Below are positions 15,833 to 26,862 of a DNA stretch of 64,000 nucleotides, one piece after another (within the stretch, counting starts at the first letter, position 1; each line of letters begins with the position of its first letter). Location of the stretch: the IMG/VR virus record IMGVR_UViG_3300043137_000327, positions 1 to 64,000 of that record; one strand, given 5' to 3'. The translations under genes and the position numbers were made by a program. This stretch comes from a virus. The notes under the pieces are model-generated. The model worked only from the letters and a program-made list of their open reading frames with translations. It searched no databases and was not told the DNA's origin.

Positions 15833-16204
15833 ATGGAAAATTTAGATATAATAATTCTAACAACCATCGTTTCAACTTTGTTTATCGTATTTGGTATTCT
15901 GATGTATAAAGAGTTTTCTAATATGGAAAAAAATGGTTACCAGCACGACCCAAACGCTAAGAAGTATGGCAGAGATGCATTATTTGTTGTAATGCAACGT
16001 TTATTTGATGGTGAAACAGTTCCTAAAAAGGAAAAGAAAGCTGTATATCAAGCAATGTTTAGAACAATTGCGGATATGGAATCTGATGGTGTATATTTTG
16101 ATGATGATATTAAGCGAATGATAATTGAAAAGAAGGAAGAATTATATTGTGAATATAGTGGATTACCATCTGTAAAAGCATACGAAATAGAAGTAAAAGT
16201 TTAG
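15833..16204 (+). CDS. hypothetical protein with N-terminal TM helix
   Basis: 123-aa ORF. Confidence 0.4.
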   Translation: MENLDIIILTTIVSTLFIVFGILMYKEFSNMEKNGYQHDPNAKKYGRDALFVVMQRLFDGETVPKKEKKAVYQAMFRTIADMESDGVYFDDDIKRMIIEKKEELYCEYSGLPSVKAYEIEVKV

Positions 16205-16208
16205 TTAT

Positions 16209-16508
16209 ATGAAAAAATTTATCAATCCATTACTAAGATTGGGTACTGCAATTGCATTGTTAAGTGTAATCTATATGCAGAATAATGAAATTAAAGAGTT
16301 GAAAGAAAAAGCACCTGCGATGCGAGGGAACATTCAAACTATACAAACTATCGATTCATTGGAAACGATGATTGATTCAGTTAGTGCTGAAAATTTACCA
16401 CTACAAATACAATTAGGTAGATATGAAATTGCTTTGGAATTATTAAAAGAAAAAAATAAAAAAGCAGCTGAAGAATTTGAATTAATACTCACAACTCAAA
16501 CTGAATAA
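16209..16508 (+). CDS. hypothetical protein with N-terminal signal/TM
   Basis: 99-aa ORF. Confidence 0.4.
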   Translation: MKKFINPLLRLGTAIALLSVIYMQNNEIKELKEKAPAMRGNIQTIQTIDSLETMIDSVSAENLPLQIQLGRYEIALELLKEKNKKAAEEFELILTTQTE

Positions 16509-16509
16509 T

Positions 16510-17055
16510 ATGAAAAATAAATCATATGATAAATTGATACTTATGGCAATTTATATTTTGTTATTAGCATGTATCACATTTTTTTCATCATGTAGTAAAG
16601 AAGATATATTTCCAAACAATAGTATTGAAATGAATATCGATACCCGTTTACCAATTGATGTGAATGGGTATTCTCATTTTAAGTTGTATTCAACTACAAC
16701 TCAAAACATCCATACAATATCAGGCTCAATTAGAATAAATGGAAGAGTGCCAGATAATCCAAGAGAGAAAGTGGAATGGGAAAGCTCTCATTATTGGACA
16801 CTGAAGCAAGGTGAGTCCATTGGTACAATATATCGTAGGACGTGGCGAGGATTGGGATGGCAAATCGTAGATAGTATTAAGGTAGTTAATCTTAAATCTG
16901 CGCAAGTACCAACTATCAACCCTATATGTTACAATTCGGCAGATGGTAGTATCAATACAGTAATAGCTCCGATGTATAATATGAAAGGGGATACGTTAAC
17001 TATTGTAGCTAAATCAAATAGATTGGCAAAAATAGTTAAAATAATACTTGATTAA
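16510..17055 (+). CDS. putative lipoprotein
   Basis: 181-aa ORF with a signal peptide and lipobox-like FFSSCSK. Confidence 0.45.
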   Translation: MKNKSYDKLILMAIYILLLACITFFSSCSKEDIFPNNSIEMNIDTRLPIDVNGYSHFKLYSTTTQNIHTISGSIRINGRVPDNPREKVEWESSHYWTLKQGESIGTIYRRTWRGLGWQIVDSIKVVNLKSAQVPTINPICYNSADGSINTVIAPMYNMKGDTLTIVAKSNRLAKIVKIILD

Positions 17056-17078
17056 TTCAAATATTTTTTGTATATTGT
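17047..17078 (+). promoter_or_regulatory. Bacteroidetes-type promoter (TTG...TATATTGT)
   Basis: TTG 17048-17050, TATATTGT 17071-17078, spacing 20. Confidence 0.4.
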
Positions 17079-17101
17079 GTAACAATTAAAACTTAAACGA
17101 T

Positions 17102-17470
17102 ATGATAAAAGCACTGAAACGAAAACTTTTTCCTCCTTACAAAATGAATGAGAAGGAACAACTTACATACGATGTTATTCAAATGTTGTGTGAGCAACCG
17201 GATACTGATTTAAAAATCGCACCTCTTACTGGCAGATACTTTATGGTCAATAAGCGTTTATCATATTGGGCAAAGGTGGAAGATTTTAGTATATCGATTA
17301 CCAATCATAAATTTACATTAACTAATACAATCAATTCGGAATACCAAAAAAAGCTAGTTGAAATGGTAAACCTATTTATTGAAGCCGATAGAAATGAGTT
17401 TGAAGAAACTATATTTCAAAATGAGGTTGAACTATTGGAGAATATTATTAGTAACATTAAAAATAAATAA
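17102..17470 (+). CDS. hypothetical protein
   Basis: 122-aa ORF. Confidence 0.45.
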   Translation: MIKALKRKLFPPYKMNEKEQLTYDVIQMLCEQPDTDLKIAPLTGRYFMVNKRLSYWAKVEDFSISITNHKFTLTNTINSEYQKKLVEMVNLFIEADRNEFEETIFQNEVELLENIISNIKNK

Positions 17471-17473
17471 GTT

Positions 17474-17737
17474 ATGGGAAAAATGAAAGAGTTATTTATG
17501 GAATATCAACAACATATGACTGGAAGTAATTCTGATATGGTTGATGATGAGTATCAATTTCAACAATGGTGTGAACAAAAAGCCAATGAAGAGATAGAAT
17601 TTTGGAATCAAATTAAAAATGGTTCAATAATTCCAGATGAATTATTTTATGATGATGAGTACCATAATTCCACATATCATCCAACCAAAGAAGAAGAGGA
17701 TGAGGCATTTAAATTGTTTAACGAACAAAAATCGTAA
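17474..17737 (+). CDS. hypothetical acidic protein
   Basis: 87-aa ORF. Confidence 0.4.
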   Translation: MGKMKELFMEYQQHMTGSNSDMVDDEYQFQQWCEQKANEEIEFWNQIKNGSIIPDELFYDDEYHNSTYHPTKEEEDEAFKLFNEQKS

Positions 17738-17780
17738 AGTGGATATATTAACCGAAATAATAGAAACGGCTGATAATATA

Positions 17781-18077
17781 ATGTATGAATTGGAGTCAAA
17801 TGGATTCTATGAGCAATATATATTCTGTGACATATTCAAACTTAGAAGAGAATTAGAAATACAAATGCAACGTAATTGGGAACAATTAAATGATATCCAT
17901 TTATTGGATGAACAATTTGCAGAAATAGTTGAAAGACTTACAACCGAAGGTATTCATAAAACGTTTGGTGAAATGGTAATGGATGGAACTATTATAATGA
18001 ATTCAGTTAACGCTGATGGAGAACTTCTTTATAAATTAAACCCTGAAATTGATATAGATGATTTACAATCCGAATAA
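17781..18077 (+). CDS. hypothetical protein
   Basis: ORF 17637..18077 trimmed to the ATG at 17781 to avoid a 100-nt overlap with the upstream gene. Confidence 0.35.
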   Translation: MYELESNGFYEQYIFCDIFKLRRELEIQMQRNWEQLNDIHLLDEQFAEIVERLTTEGIHKTFGEMVMDGTIIMNSVNADGELLYKLNPEIDIDDLQSE

Positions 18078-18390
18078 CGAATTAACCGATGAGCAAATGG
18101 CTAAATTAAGTGAAGCTGATTTCTTTGAATACTTAGATAGCAAAGCGGCTTACTTAAAACAATTCACCACACCCATCGGTCAATATCACGCAAAGCAATT
18201 CGCCGCAATGACAAAAGGTGAAGCATTAACAACTGAAGAGCTAAAGAGAGCTAAAGAATTGGGTAAGGTTGGTGATGATGAGAGAGCCCGTAAGATAGCT
18301 GAAGCAGCGGAAAGAAAGGGTGGAGACCCGAAGTTCAAAGATGATGGTATCGTAAATATTAAAACAAACCGAACGCAATGGTTCGATTAA
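18058..18390 (+). CDS. hypothetical protein
   Basis: 110-aa ORF. Confidence 0.4.
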   Translation: MIYNPNNELTDEQMAKLSEADFFEYLDSKAAYLKQFTTPIGQYHAKQFAAMTKGEALTTEELKRAKELGKVGDDERARKIAEAAERKGGDPKFKDDGIVNIKTNRTQWFD

Positions 18391-18400
18391 ACCAAATAAT

Positions 18401-18757
18401 ATGAATTTAGATTTTAAGAAGCCAACAATAATTACGGCACAGCAATATGGTACAAAAGTATCAGTTGAATTAGACCATAGTGATACCGATATCGATGAAT
18501 TAATGGAAGCATTCCACACATTGGTAGTTGGATTAGGGTATCACGAATCTGGTTGGAGAGAATGGATTGCTGAAAGAGCATATGAATACAAAGAAGAGGA
18601 GATGGAAAATGCAATAGATAGGGGTTTATATGAACCATCACCTGAATTGAGAAGAGCAGCTGAAGAGTATGTTAATGTGTTGCAAGAATTACAAGAACAG
18701 CAAATCAATGAAGAGGAATTTGATGATTATGGTAGTAGAAAAAATAAAAAGAAATAA
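18401..18757 (+). CDS. hypothetical acidic protein
   Basis: 118-aa ORF. Confidence 0.4.
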   Translation: MNLDFKKPTIITAQQYGTKVSVELDHSDTDIDELMEAFHTLVVGLGYHESGWREWIAERAYEYKEEEMENAIDRGLYEPSPELRRAAEEYVNVLQELQEQQINEEEFDDYGSRKNKKK

Positions 18758-18987
18758 TGGGATTTAATCAATGTTATCTTAAAAGTGTTGAAGATTTAAA
18801 TGAGGAGTTGAATAAAAATGGATTAGAGGAATTTGTAAAACGTTATCAAAAATACGATTCTTTAACTGGCTCATCCGAATCATTTGAATTTTTAGAAGTA
18901 AAAATAATGGAATATGAGTTACATAAAACAAAAGAGTATGAGAATATTAAAAACAATAATATTAATCTTATCAATAGCTTTAATTAG
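18757..18987 (+). CDS. hypothetical protein
   Basis: 76-aa ORF. Confidence 0.3.
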   Translation: MGFNQCYLKSVEDLNEELNKNGLEEFVKRYQKYDSLTGSSESFEFLEVKIMEYELHKTKEYENIKNNNINLINSFN

Positions 18988-20059
18988 CTGTCAGAAAGAA
19001 GATGTATTACCATTAGCACCTACAACCGAAACCAAACCGGTAGCTAAAGAAGATTTACCTCAATGGTTGAATATACCAAATGGATTTGCTTCGTTTGTGC
19101 AATTCGATTTCAATAATGATAAAGTTGATGATGTAGTTATGTTCGATGGGTACGATGTAAATGTAGCATATACTTGGCCAGGACCAACATTTTATATTGG
19201 AAATCCATTAACAAAAACCAATTTACCAATAGATAATAAAAAAATATTTGGTAGTAAACTGATAGCTGCAGATTTCGATGGGGATGGATATAAAGATATT
19301 TTCGTTCAATCAGGAATGGACCCGTCTGGAACTGATTGGAGTACTTGTTGGTATTGCGACCCTATATTACCCAATAACATTATGTTTAACGATGGTGGTA
19401 AATCATTTAAAGTAAAGGAGTTAAGTGATTGGAAAGGAATTTGGAGAACCGCATCCGCTGGCGATATCGATAAAGATGGTGATGTTGATTTACTAATATT
19501 TAGTACACATCATGCAAAAGGATTATCTAATAAGTTATTAATAAATGATGGTAAAGGAAATTTTACTGTACGAAAAAGTGATATAGACTCAATTGAATGG
19601 GCTGATGTAACTGAATTAATTGATGTAAATAATGATGGCTATTTGGATTTGGTTATTAACGATGTTATTAATAATCCGACTTACACAAACCGATTCAGAA
19701 TTTTGTGGGGCGATGGTGCAAATTTTACACAATCTAATTCAATTCGTATAGATGTAGCAAAATCTGCTACTATATCGGAAGTAGATGTGTATGATTTTGA
19801 TAAAGATGGATTTAAAGAACTTATAATAGCTACAAACTCGTCAGATGGAAAATGGAAGCTAAATATGTTTAAGACCATTAATAATGTTACTTATGTTGAA
19901 AATACAAATGATATCATCGATAATACATCCAATAGTATAGCATATAATGATATGATAAATATAGCTGATATAGATGGTAATGGTAAAGTGGATGTATTCG
20001 TAAATAATAAATCTCTAAATATCAGATGGGAATTTGATAAAATATTAAATCGTAAATAA
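18938..20059 (+). CDS. lipoprotein with FG-GAP/VCBS-type repeats (beta-propeller-like)
   Basis: Signal peptide and lipobox ILSIALISCQKE. Repeated motifs DFDGDGYKDIF, DIDKDGDVDLLIF, DVNNDGYLDLVIN, YDFDKDGFKELIIA and DIDGNGKVDVFVN. Confidence 0.55.
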   Translation: MRILKTIILILSIALISCQKEDVLPLAPTTETKPVAKEDLPQWLNIPNGFASFVQFDFNNDKVDDVVMFDGYDVNVAYTWPGPTFYIGNPLTKTNLPIDNKKIFGSKLIAADFDGDGYKDIFVQSGMDPSGTDWSTCWYCDPILPNNIMFNDGGKSFKVKELSDWKGIWRTASAGDIDKDGDVDLLIFSTHHAKGLSNKLLINDGKGNFTVRKSDIDSIEWADVTELIDVNNDGYLDLVINDVINNPTYTNRFRILWGDGANFTQSNSIRIDVAKSATISEVDVYDFDKDGFKELIIATNSSDGKWKLNMFKTINNVTYVENTNDIIDNTSNSIAYNDMINIADIDGNGKVDVFVNNKSLNIRWEFDKILNRK

Positions 20060-20109
20060 ATTAGGATACTCCAATTTTTTTTACTATCTTTACATAAATC
20101 TTAAAACTT

Positions 20110-20601
20110 ATGGCGTACAATAAATTCAGATGGTGGACTAAAGGTAGACCAAATAAGCCACTTAAAGCAGATGCTCCACTCTTATTAAAAATCCGTAATG
20201 GTGACTTTGATTATTCTTATATGTTTAGTGAAGCTATACAAGTTAGAGAAACTGCCAAGAAAGCCGGTGAGGATGCTTATAAGAATTATGGGGGTACGGA
20301 TGAGCAAAATCGTATTGAGGCTTCTTTGGAAGCTGGTAGGATGAAGCGAATTAAAGCTCTTAAATTAGAAATAGAAGCCGATAAAAATGAGAAATCTATT
20401 TTATGGAAACTTCGTAAGGAACTTACATTGGAATTCGGTAAGGATTTATGGGATAAAGCTATGGAAAGGCAAAGAGGTAAGGGTACATTAGAAGATTTAT
20501 ATTTATGGTATAAGAAGCAAGTTAAGGAAGGTACTACCAAATCGGAAATAGATATTCAATTCAGACGTTCGAATACTAAAGGACTTGAATACTTATTATA
20601 G
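20110..20601 (+). CDS. hypothetical protein
   Basis: 163-aa ORF. Confidence 0.45.
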   Translation: MAYNKFRWWTKGRPNKPLKADAPLLLKIRNGDFDYSYMFSEAIQVRETAKKAGEDAYKNYGGTDEQNRIEASLEAGRMKRIKALKLEIEADKNEKSILWKLRKELTLEFGKDLWDKAMERQRGKGTLEDLYLWYKKQVKEGTTKSEIDIQFRRSNTKGLEYLL

Positions 20602-20644
20602 GTGGTTATATATTGTTTAATTAAACTTAATAAAATGGACGAAG

Positions 20645-20884
20645 GTGATAGTAAAAACAATCAAACAGCTGAAAAGCAGGAAAAACAGATTGATGCTATA
20701 CAAAGATATGGCACTGATGCTGGCTCTATTCTTCAATCCATTTGGCTTCGATGCCGTACAATATTCCCTATTGCTACTGACAGGAAGTTTATGGAAAGCG
20801 AACTTCGTTTTGTATTGTATAGCGGGATTGTTTTTTGGACTTTATATATGGTTTACGAAGCGATTAAATAAAATAGAAAAATAG
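20645..20884 (+). CDS. hypothetical membrane protein (the alternative frame 20602..20871 is equally possible)
   Basis: 79-aa ORF with two hydrophobic helices. It overlaps a competing ORF in another frame and the choice cannot be settled by eye. Confidence 0.3.
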   Translation: MIVKTIKQLKSRKNRLMLYKDMALMLALFFNPFGFDAVQYSLLLLTGSLWKANFVLYCIAGLFFGLYIWFTKRLNKIEK

Positions 20885-20889
20885 TTTTT

Positions 20890-21216
20890 ATGTATAAAAA
20901 TCTTATAATCAAAACAAATGAATATTTTGAAGCAATATCCTCAAAGGATTTAGCTACATTATCCGAAATGTATTCTGATAGGATTTCATTGGTAGATTGG
21001 AATGGTAGTTGGTTTAAGCCGAATAATGTATTAGATGCTAATAAACAACTTTTTGAAAATGATTTCGAAATAAAAGTTTTAGATATCGTTCAATCCGATA
21101 CCAAAACATTTAATACCATAGTAATTAAAATTGATGGTGAAATTATAGAAATAATGGATGTAATTGAATTTGATGATGATTTCAGAATTATATCTATAAA
21201 AGCATATAAGGGATGA
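20890..21216 (+). CDS. hypothetical protein
   Basis: 108-aa ORF. Confidence 0.4.
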   Translation: MYKNLIIKTNEYFEAISSKDLATLSEMYSDRISLVDWNGSWFKPNNVLDANKQLFENDFEIKVLDIVQSDTKTFNTIVIKIDGEIIEIMDVIEFDDDFRIISIKAYKG

Positions 21217-21569
21217 TAAAGCCAATGCTATTACATATCGATATTGGAAATCAATCGTTGGTTAGTTGGGCTAGTGCTAACAAATACATAATACATTCGG
21301 AACTAATTAGGTATTGTGAAAAATTGATTTTAGGTGAATTTGATATGATTGAAGCTATTATGATTTCAAATTTGGCAGATAATGTAGTATTTATGGTTAG
21401 TGAGAAAAATGTATCCGATACATTAGATAAAGCTATGAGTTATTTCTTAGAAATAGAAGAGTATGAACAATGTAGCAAAATTCGTGATTTACTAATACTT
21501 ATTTCAAATAGAAACCAAAGTATTAAAAAAGATGGAAGAGCAATTAAAAAAACTAATTTACAAAATTAA
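21213..21569 (+). CDS. hypothetical protein
   Basis: 118-aa ORF. Confidence 0.4.
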   Translation: MIKPMLLHIDIGNQSLVSWASANKYIIHSELIRYCEKLILGEFDMIEAIMISNLADNVVFMVSEKNVSDTLDKAMSYFLEIEEYEQCSKIRDLLILISNRNQSIKKDGRAIKKTNLQN

Positions 21570-21708
21570 AGATTCGTTAAAGCAAATTGATTTGGATGGA
21601 ACAACGCATCCTTTGTTAGATGATATCTACGATTATTGTGAAGAGATGGATGATATTATTTATTCCCAAGAAGATGATGGAATAAGTATATCCGATTATA
21701 TGGATTAA
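21532..21708 (+). CDS. hypothetical small acidic protein (58 aa)
   Basis: Unannotated ORF MEEQLKKLIYKIKDSLKQIDLDG... filling the gap before 21718. It overlaps the previous ORF's end by 38 nt. Confidence 0.25.
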   Translation: MEEQLKKLIYKIKDSLKQIDLDGTTHPLLDDIYDYCEEMDDIIYSQEDDGISISDYMD

Positions 21709-21717
21709 ATAAAACAA

Positions 21718-22059
21718 ATGAATAAGTTATTTTTGGGATTTGTCTATGGATTCATAGCACAAGTATTGACTTTTTTGCAGCTGCAAGGAAATATTAAATA
21801 CAATTGGTATCATAAATATCCAATAGTATTGTTGGCAATGGCTGTACCCATTAGCTGGTTATACATAAAATCGGTAGAACAATTCGTACACACATTTAAT
21901 GGTGATATCTGGCCATCCCGTCTTATTGGATTTGGGATTGGCATAATTGTGTTTGCTCTAATGAGCTTCTTTTTATTTAATGAATCAATCAACCTAAAAA
22001 CATTCATTTGTCTAATTTTGGCTTGTGGAATTTTAGGAATACAATTATTTTGGAAATGA
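21718..22059 (+). CDS. hypothetical membrane protein
   Basis: 113-aa ORF with four hydrophobic segments. Confidence 0.45.
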   Translation: MNKLFLGFVYGFIAQVLTFLQLQGNIKYNWYHKYPIVLLAMAVPISWLYIKSVEQFVHTFNGDIWPSRLIGFGIGIIVFALMSFFLFNESINLKTFICLILACGILGIQLFWK

Positions 22060-22265
22060 GAAAAGTAGATTTAGTAAACGTGGGAGATGAATTGTATGAA
22101 ATCGTAAAGAGATATCCTATGAATAGATTCTCCATCAGTCTTAGTGGAGAAAATGCAGAAATCATTAAAAAATGGGTTGGCTCTGAAAAAATACTAATAG
22201 CGAAACAAACGGGTGAATATTTGTTTGTAAACTTAATAGAAAATGCCAAATTGGTTGATGAATAA
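22056..22265 (+). CDS. hypothetical protein (not GroES-like)
   Basis: ORF trimmed to the ATG at 22056, which forms an ATGA overlap with the upstream stop. The sequence does not resemble a co-chaperonin. Confidence 0.35.
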   Translation: MRKVDLVNVGDELYEIVKRYPMNRFSISLSGENAEIIKKWVGSEKILIAKQTGEYLFVNLIENAKLVDE

Positions 22266-22278
22266 AATGTTATTATAA

Positions 22279-22310
22279 TTTGGTAATTATAAATAATTTT
22301 CATATATTTG
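22279..22310 (+). promoter_or_regulatory. Bacteroidetes-type promoter upstream of groEL
   Basis: TTTG 22279-22282, TATATTTG 22303-22310, spacing 20. Confidence 0.5.
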
Positions 22311-22345
22311 TAACAATAAACGAAATAAAACAAAAATTAAATTAA

Positions 22346-23980
<1,635 letters not shown>

Positions 23981-24004
23981 TCACATTAAGATATATTGTA
24001 ATAT

Positions 24005-24028
24005 AAGGGGGGAATTTCCCCCCTTTTT
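24005..24028 (+). terminator. Rho-independent terminator (gggggg-aattt-cccccc + T5)
   Basis: Perfect 6-bp GC stem and T-run directly after groEL. It abuts the next promoter. Confidence 0.8.
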
Positions 24029-24029
24029 A

Positions 24030-24061
24030 TTTGGCAATATCGAATATTTTTCGTATATTTG
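24030..24061 (+). promoter_or_regulatory. Bacteroidetes-type promoter, class A, giving a leaderless mRNA
   Basis: TTTGGCAATATCGAATATTTTTCGTATATTTG. TATATTTG ends at 24061 and the ATG is at 24067. Confidence 0.55.
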
Positions 24062-24066
24062 TGTAT

Positions 24067-24300
24067 ATGAAATCAGAAAACCTAAAAAGAGAAATTAACG
24101 AAGGACATTATTTAGAATTAATGGATAGGTTATATGTGTTAGCATCCACATTACACGACCATTGTTTAGAACATCCATTAGCTGAATACGATGAAGAAAT
24201 TTACACATCCATAGAAACAGCTATTGAAGCAACCTATGATGCATATCAATTGGTAGGAAGTAAAGAATTTGAAAATGAAGATGAGAATAACGCACATTAG
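24067..24300 (+). CDS. hypothetical protein
   Basis: ORF 24031..24300 trimmed to the ATG at 24067 because 24031-24061 is the promoter. Confidence 0.4.
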   Translation: MKSENLKREINEGHYLELMDRLYVLASTLHDHCLEHPLAEYDEEIYTSIETAIEATYDAYQLVGSKEFENEDENNAH

Positions 24301-25057
24301 TGATACACATAATAAGCACAACCAACTCAATGGTTTATTGCCAGGCGGTGATTTGCTTATTCATAGTGGTGATATATCTTCATTGGGTAGGAAGAGAGAA
24401 GTTGAATCATTCATCAAATGGTTTAATGATATCGATAACTACACTCATAAAGTATTCATAGCAGGTAATCACGATATGTCTTTTGATTCTGAACAATTAA
24501 TGCAGACTAAAATTGATTACTTTGATGGTAAACGTTCTGTATGGGATACCGAAGGTAATGAGCACATTCCATCCGAAGGTAAGCCAGATTGGTTAAAGGA
24601 ATTATTAGGGATTCACTTACGCCCAAATGTTTCATATTTAGAAAATTCAGATATAACAATTGATGGGTTGAAAGTATGGGGTTCACCAATCACACCATCA
24701 TTTGGATATGGTTGGGCGTTCAACAAAGATAGGGGATATGATATAAACGAAGTATGGAATCTTATTCCAGATGATACTAAGATTGTTATTACTCACGGAC
24801 CTATTCATAGCTATTGTGATAGAACTGATAGAGGTGGATTGAATGTTGGATGCGAACAACTATACCATAAATTGAATGAAGTTAAACCTCAATTACATTT
24901 TTCAGGCCACATTCACGAGGCATATGGATATAGGAATACTAAATGGGGATACGCATTTAATGGATGTAATTGCGATTTGAGTTATTTGGTAAATAACAAA
25001 CCAATGACTTTTGATTATGATTTTGTAAAAAACGATATAGTAGAATTTTTAATGTAA
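24269..25057 (+). CDS. calcineurin-like metallophosphoesterase (true start probably the ATG at 24281)
   Basis: Motifs ITHISDTHNKHN, LLIHSGDISSLGR, FIAGNHDMSF, ITHGPIH and FSGHIHEAYG. Confidence 0.65.
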   Translation: MKMKMRITHISDTHNKHNQLNGLLPGGDLLIHSGDISSLGRKREVESFIKWFNDIDNYTHKVFIAGNHDMSFDSEQLMQTKIDYFDGKRSVWDTEGNEHIPSEGKPDWLKELLGIHLRPNVSYLENSDITIDGLKVWGSPITPSFGYGWAFNKDRGYDINEVWNLIPDDTKIVITHGPIHSYCDRTDRGGLNVGCEQLYHKLNEVKPQLHFSGHIHEAYGYRNTKWGYAFNGCNCDLSYLVNNKPMTFDYDFVKNDIVEFLM

Positions 25058-25350
25058 TGAAAAAAATAATGATAGTGCTAATGTTATTGGGAGTGATAGC
25101 ATTGGAAGCAAAGCCAAAGTATAGAATAGAAACTTGGGTTTACAATGGCGAAAGATATTATCAACCACAGCAAAGAGTGTGGTATAAAACTAATTATTTT
25201 TATTTACCATTTAAAATATGGAAAGCCGGACAATATCCATTAAAGAGTAAAAATGAAGCTGAGTGGATTATTCAAAATTGGGAAAATGAATACCAAGCAA
25301 AAAGAGATTATAAACATTCTCAATTTATAGAAATAGATGAAAAAAGATAA
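25057..25350 (+). CDS. hypothetical secreted protein (signal peptide)
   Basis: 97-aa ORF with a hydrophobic N-terminal leader. Confidence 0.4.
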   Translation: MKKIMIVLMLLGVIALEAKPKYRIETWVYNGERYYQPQQRVWYKTNYFYLPFKIWKAGQYPLKSKNEAEWIIQNWENEYQAKRDYKHSQFIEIDEKR

Positions 25351-25816
25351 AATATATTTGTATTTGGATGATGTTCGAATACCAACAGAAGGAAAGTGGG
25401 AAGTGGTTAAAAATTATGATGAGTTTGTAGCTCACATTAATTTGAATGGATTGGAAAACTATGAACTTATTTCATTAGACCACGATTTAGGAGAAGCTGC
25501 TATGATTGAATATTATAGTAATGTTAAGCCAAATTATGAATTAGATTATAAAAGGATTGATGAAAAGACTGGTATGGATTGTGCAAGATTTTTAGTTGCA
25601 GAAGCTATGAATAAGAAGATACAATTACCAACGGTATATGTTCATTCCGCTAATCCAATTGGTTCGGCTAATATGATGGGATATATTAACAACTATTTCA
25701 GAAATAATAAATTGCCAGAAACGTGTACGAAAGTAAATATAGAGCACACTTATACTGAATTTTTATCTGAAGAGGAAAGGAATAGCCGATATAATATTAT
25801 GAAACAATATAAATAA
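25337..25816 (+). CDS. hypothetical protein
   Basis: 159-aa ORF. Confidence 0.45.
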   Translation: MKKDKIYLYLDDVRIPTEGKWEVVKNYDEFVAHINLNGLENYELISLDHDLGEAAMIEYYSNVKPNYELDYKRIDEKTGMDCARFLVAEAMNKKIQLPTVYVHSANPIGSANMMGYINNYFRNNKLPETCTKVNIEHTYTEFLSEEERNSRYNIMKQYK

Positions 25817-25822
25817 TAAGTT

Positions 25823-25975
25823 ATGGGTACATTAAATATACTCGCGATAGTAATAGTGGTATTTATGTGTTGGCTTTGTTTTGAAGCATGGAGAGCTCCA
25901 TTGATGCGAGAAAATGAAGATGGTAGTTGGACAACTATTAAACCACAAAGAAAACTTTTTAAAAAAAGAAAATAA
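25823..25975 (+). CDS. small membrane protein (50 aa)
   Basis: Unannotated ORF MGTLNILAIVIVVFMCWLCFEAW.... Its stop overlaps the next ATG (TAATATG). Confidence 0.3.
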   Translation: MGTLNILAIVIVVFMCWLCFEAWRAPLMRENEDGSWTTIKPQRKLFKKRK

Positions 25976-25976
25976 T

Positions 25977-26606
25977 ATGAAAGTACAATTTAAAGATACA
26001 TTTTTTGAAAGTGTAGAAAAGTTAGTTTGGTATGATACTAAACTATGGCGAGTATGGGAAGTTATTAGATATGGTATCCCACGATTTGTTGGAAACATTT
26101 GGAAATTCCGTAAGGAATTATATAGCCATCGTTGGTATGATTATCGATATTCATTGGAACTATTACATCGCTCACTAACAATTATGGAAGCAAAGTTATC
26201 AGTAGATGGATTTGAGGTAAGCGAAAGCAGGGATAAAAAAACTGCTAAAATGCGTAGAGCAATTCAATTATTAGATAATCGTTTAAATGATAATTACATT
26301 GACCAAGCCGAAAAGGAATTAGGTGAATTGATTATGAAATCATTTGAATTCGAACCTACGGATGATGGATTATACACATTAAAGGATAATGAAACTAAAA
26401 AAGAAAAACAACATAATTCCAAAGTATTCAAATTAGCACAAAATATTGATGAGAAAGAGTGGAAAGAACTTTGGAAAATATTTGAAGGACAGAATATAAA
26501 CGAATATAAAAAATTATCAAAATCATTAACGCCAGAAGAACATAAACGAAGGAATATATGGAACGAATGGTTTGATGGTACTGATATGAGGGGTTGGTGG
26601 GATTAA
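25977..26606 (+). CDS. hypothetical protein
   Basis: ORF 25914..26606 trimmed to the ATG at 25977 (MKVQFKD...). Confidence 0.4.
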   Translation: MKVQFKDTFFESVEKLVWYDTKLWRVWEVIRYGIPRFVGNIWKFRKELYSHRWYDYRYSLELLHRSLTIMEAKLSVDGFEVSESRDKKTAKMRRAIQLLDNRLNDNYIDQAEKELGELIMKSFEFEPTDDGLYTLKDNETKKEKQHNSKVFKLAQNIDEKEWKELWKIFEGQNINEYKKLSKSLTPEEHKRRNIWNEWFDGTDMRGWWD

Positions 26607-26620
26607 AAGCACGCCAATAA

Positions 26621-26652
26621 TTTGGAAAATTGAAAAAGTTTTAGTAAATTTA
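26621..26652 (+). promoter_or_regulatory. Bacteroidetes-type promoter, class B
   Basis: TTTG 26621-26624, TAAATTTA 26645-26652. Followed by a rare canonical SD, AAAGGAGG, at 26672-26679. Confidence 0.4.
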
Positions 26653-26685
26653 CAATATAACAAACAAAAAAGAAAGGAGGACACG

Positions 26686-26862
26686 ATGGCTTTATTTAAA
26701 GAACTTACAGAGTTAAAAGAAAAATTAAAGTATTACGAAAATATGACACCTGTAAATAATATGGGTAAGTGGAGTAGAAGTGTTGCCATTGAAAGTTATA
26801 CTAAAAAGATTTCTAAATTAGAAAACGAAATTAAAAAATTAAAAGAAAATGGCAAAAAGTAA
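26686..26862 (+). CDS. hypothetical small coiled-coil protein (58 aa)
   Basis: Unannotated ORF MALFKELTELKEKLKYYENMTP... preceded by AAAGGAGG 7 nt upstream. Confidence 0.4.
   Translation: MALFKELTELKEKLKYYENMTPVNNMGKWSRSVAIESYTKKISKLENEIKKLKENGKK

Noticed and set aside
20602-20871. ORF 20602..20871 as the gene, in preference to 20645..20884
   Set aside because: The two frames overlap almost completely and both give plausible membrane-like products. I could not decide by eye, so I kept the later one with low confidence and flagged the ambiguity.
22008-22265. GroES co-chaperonin upstream of groEL
   Set aside because: The only upstream ORF (69-85 aa) has no resemblance to the GroES mobile-loop/beta-barrel sequence pattern. 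GroEL therefore appears unaccompanied in this window.
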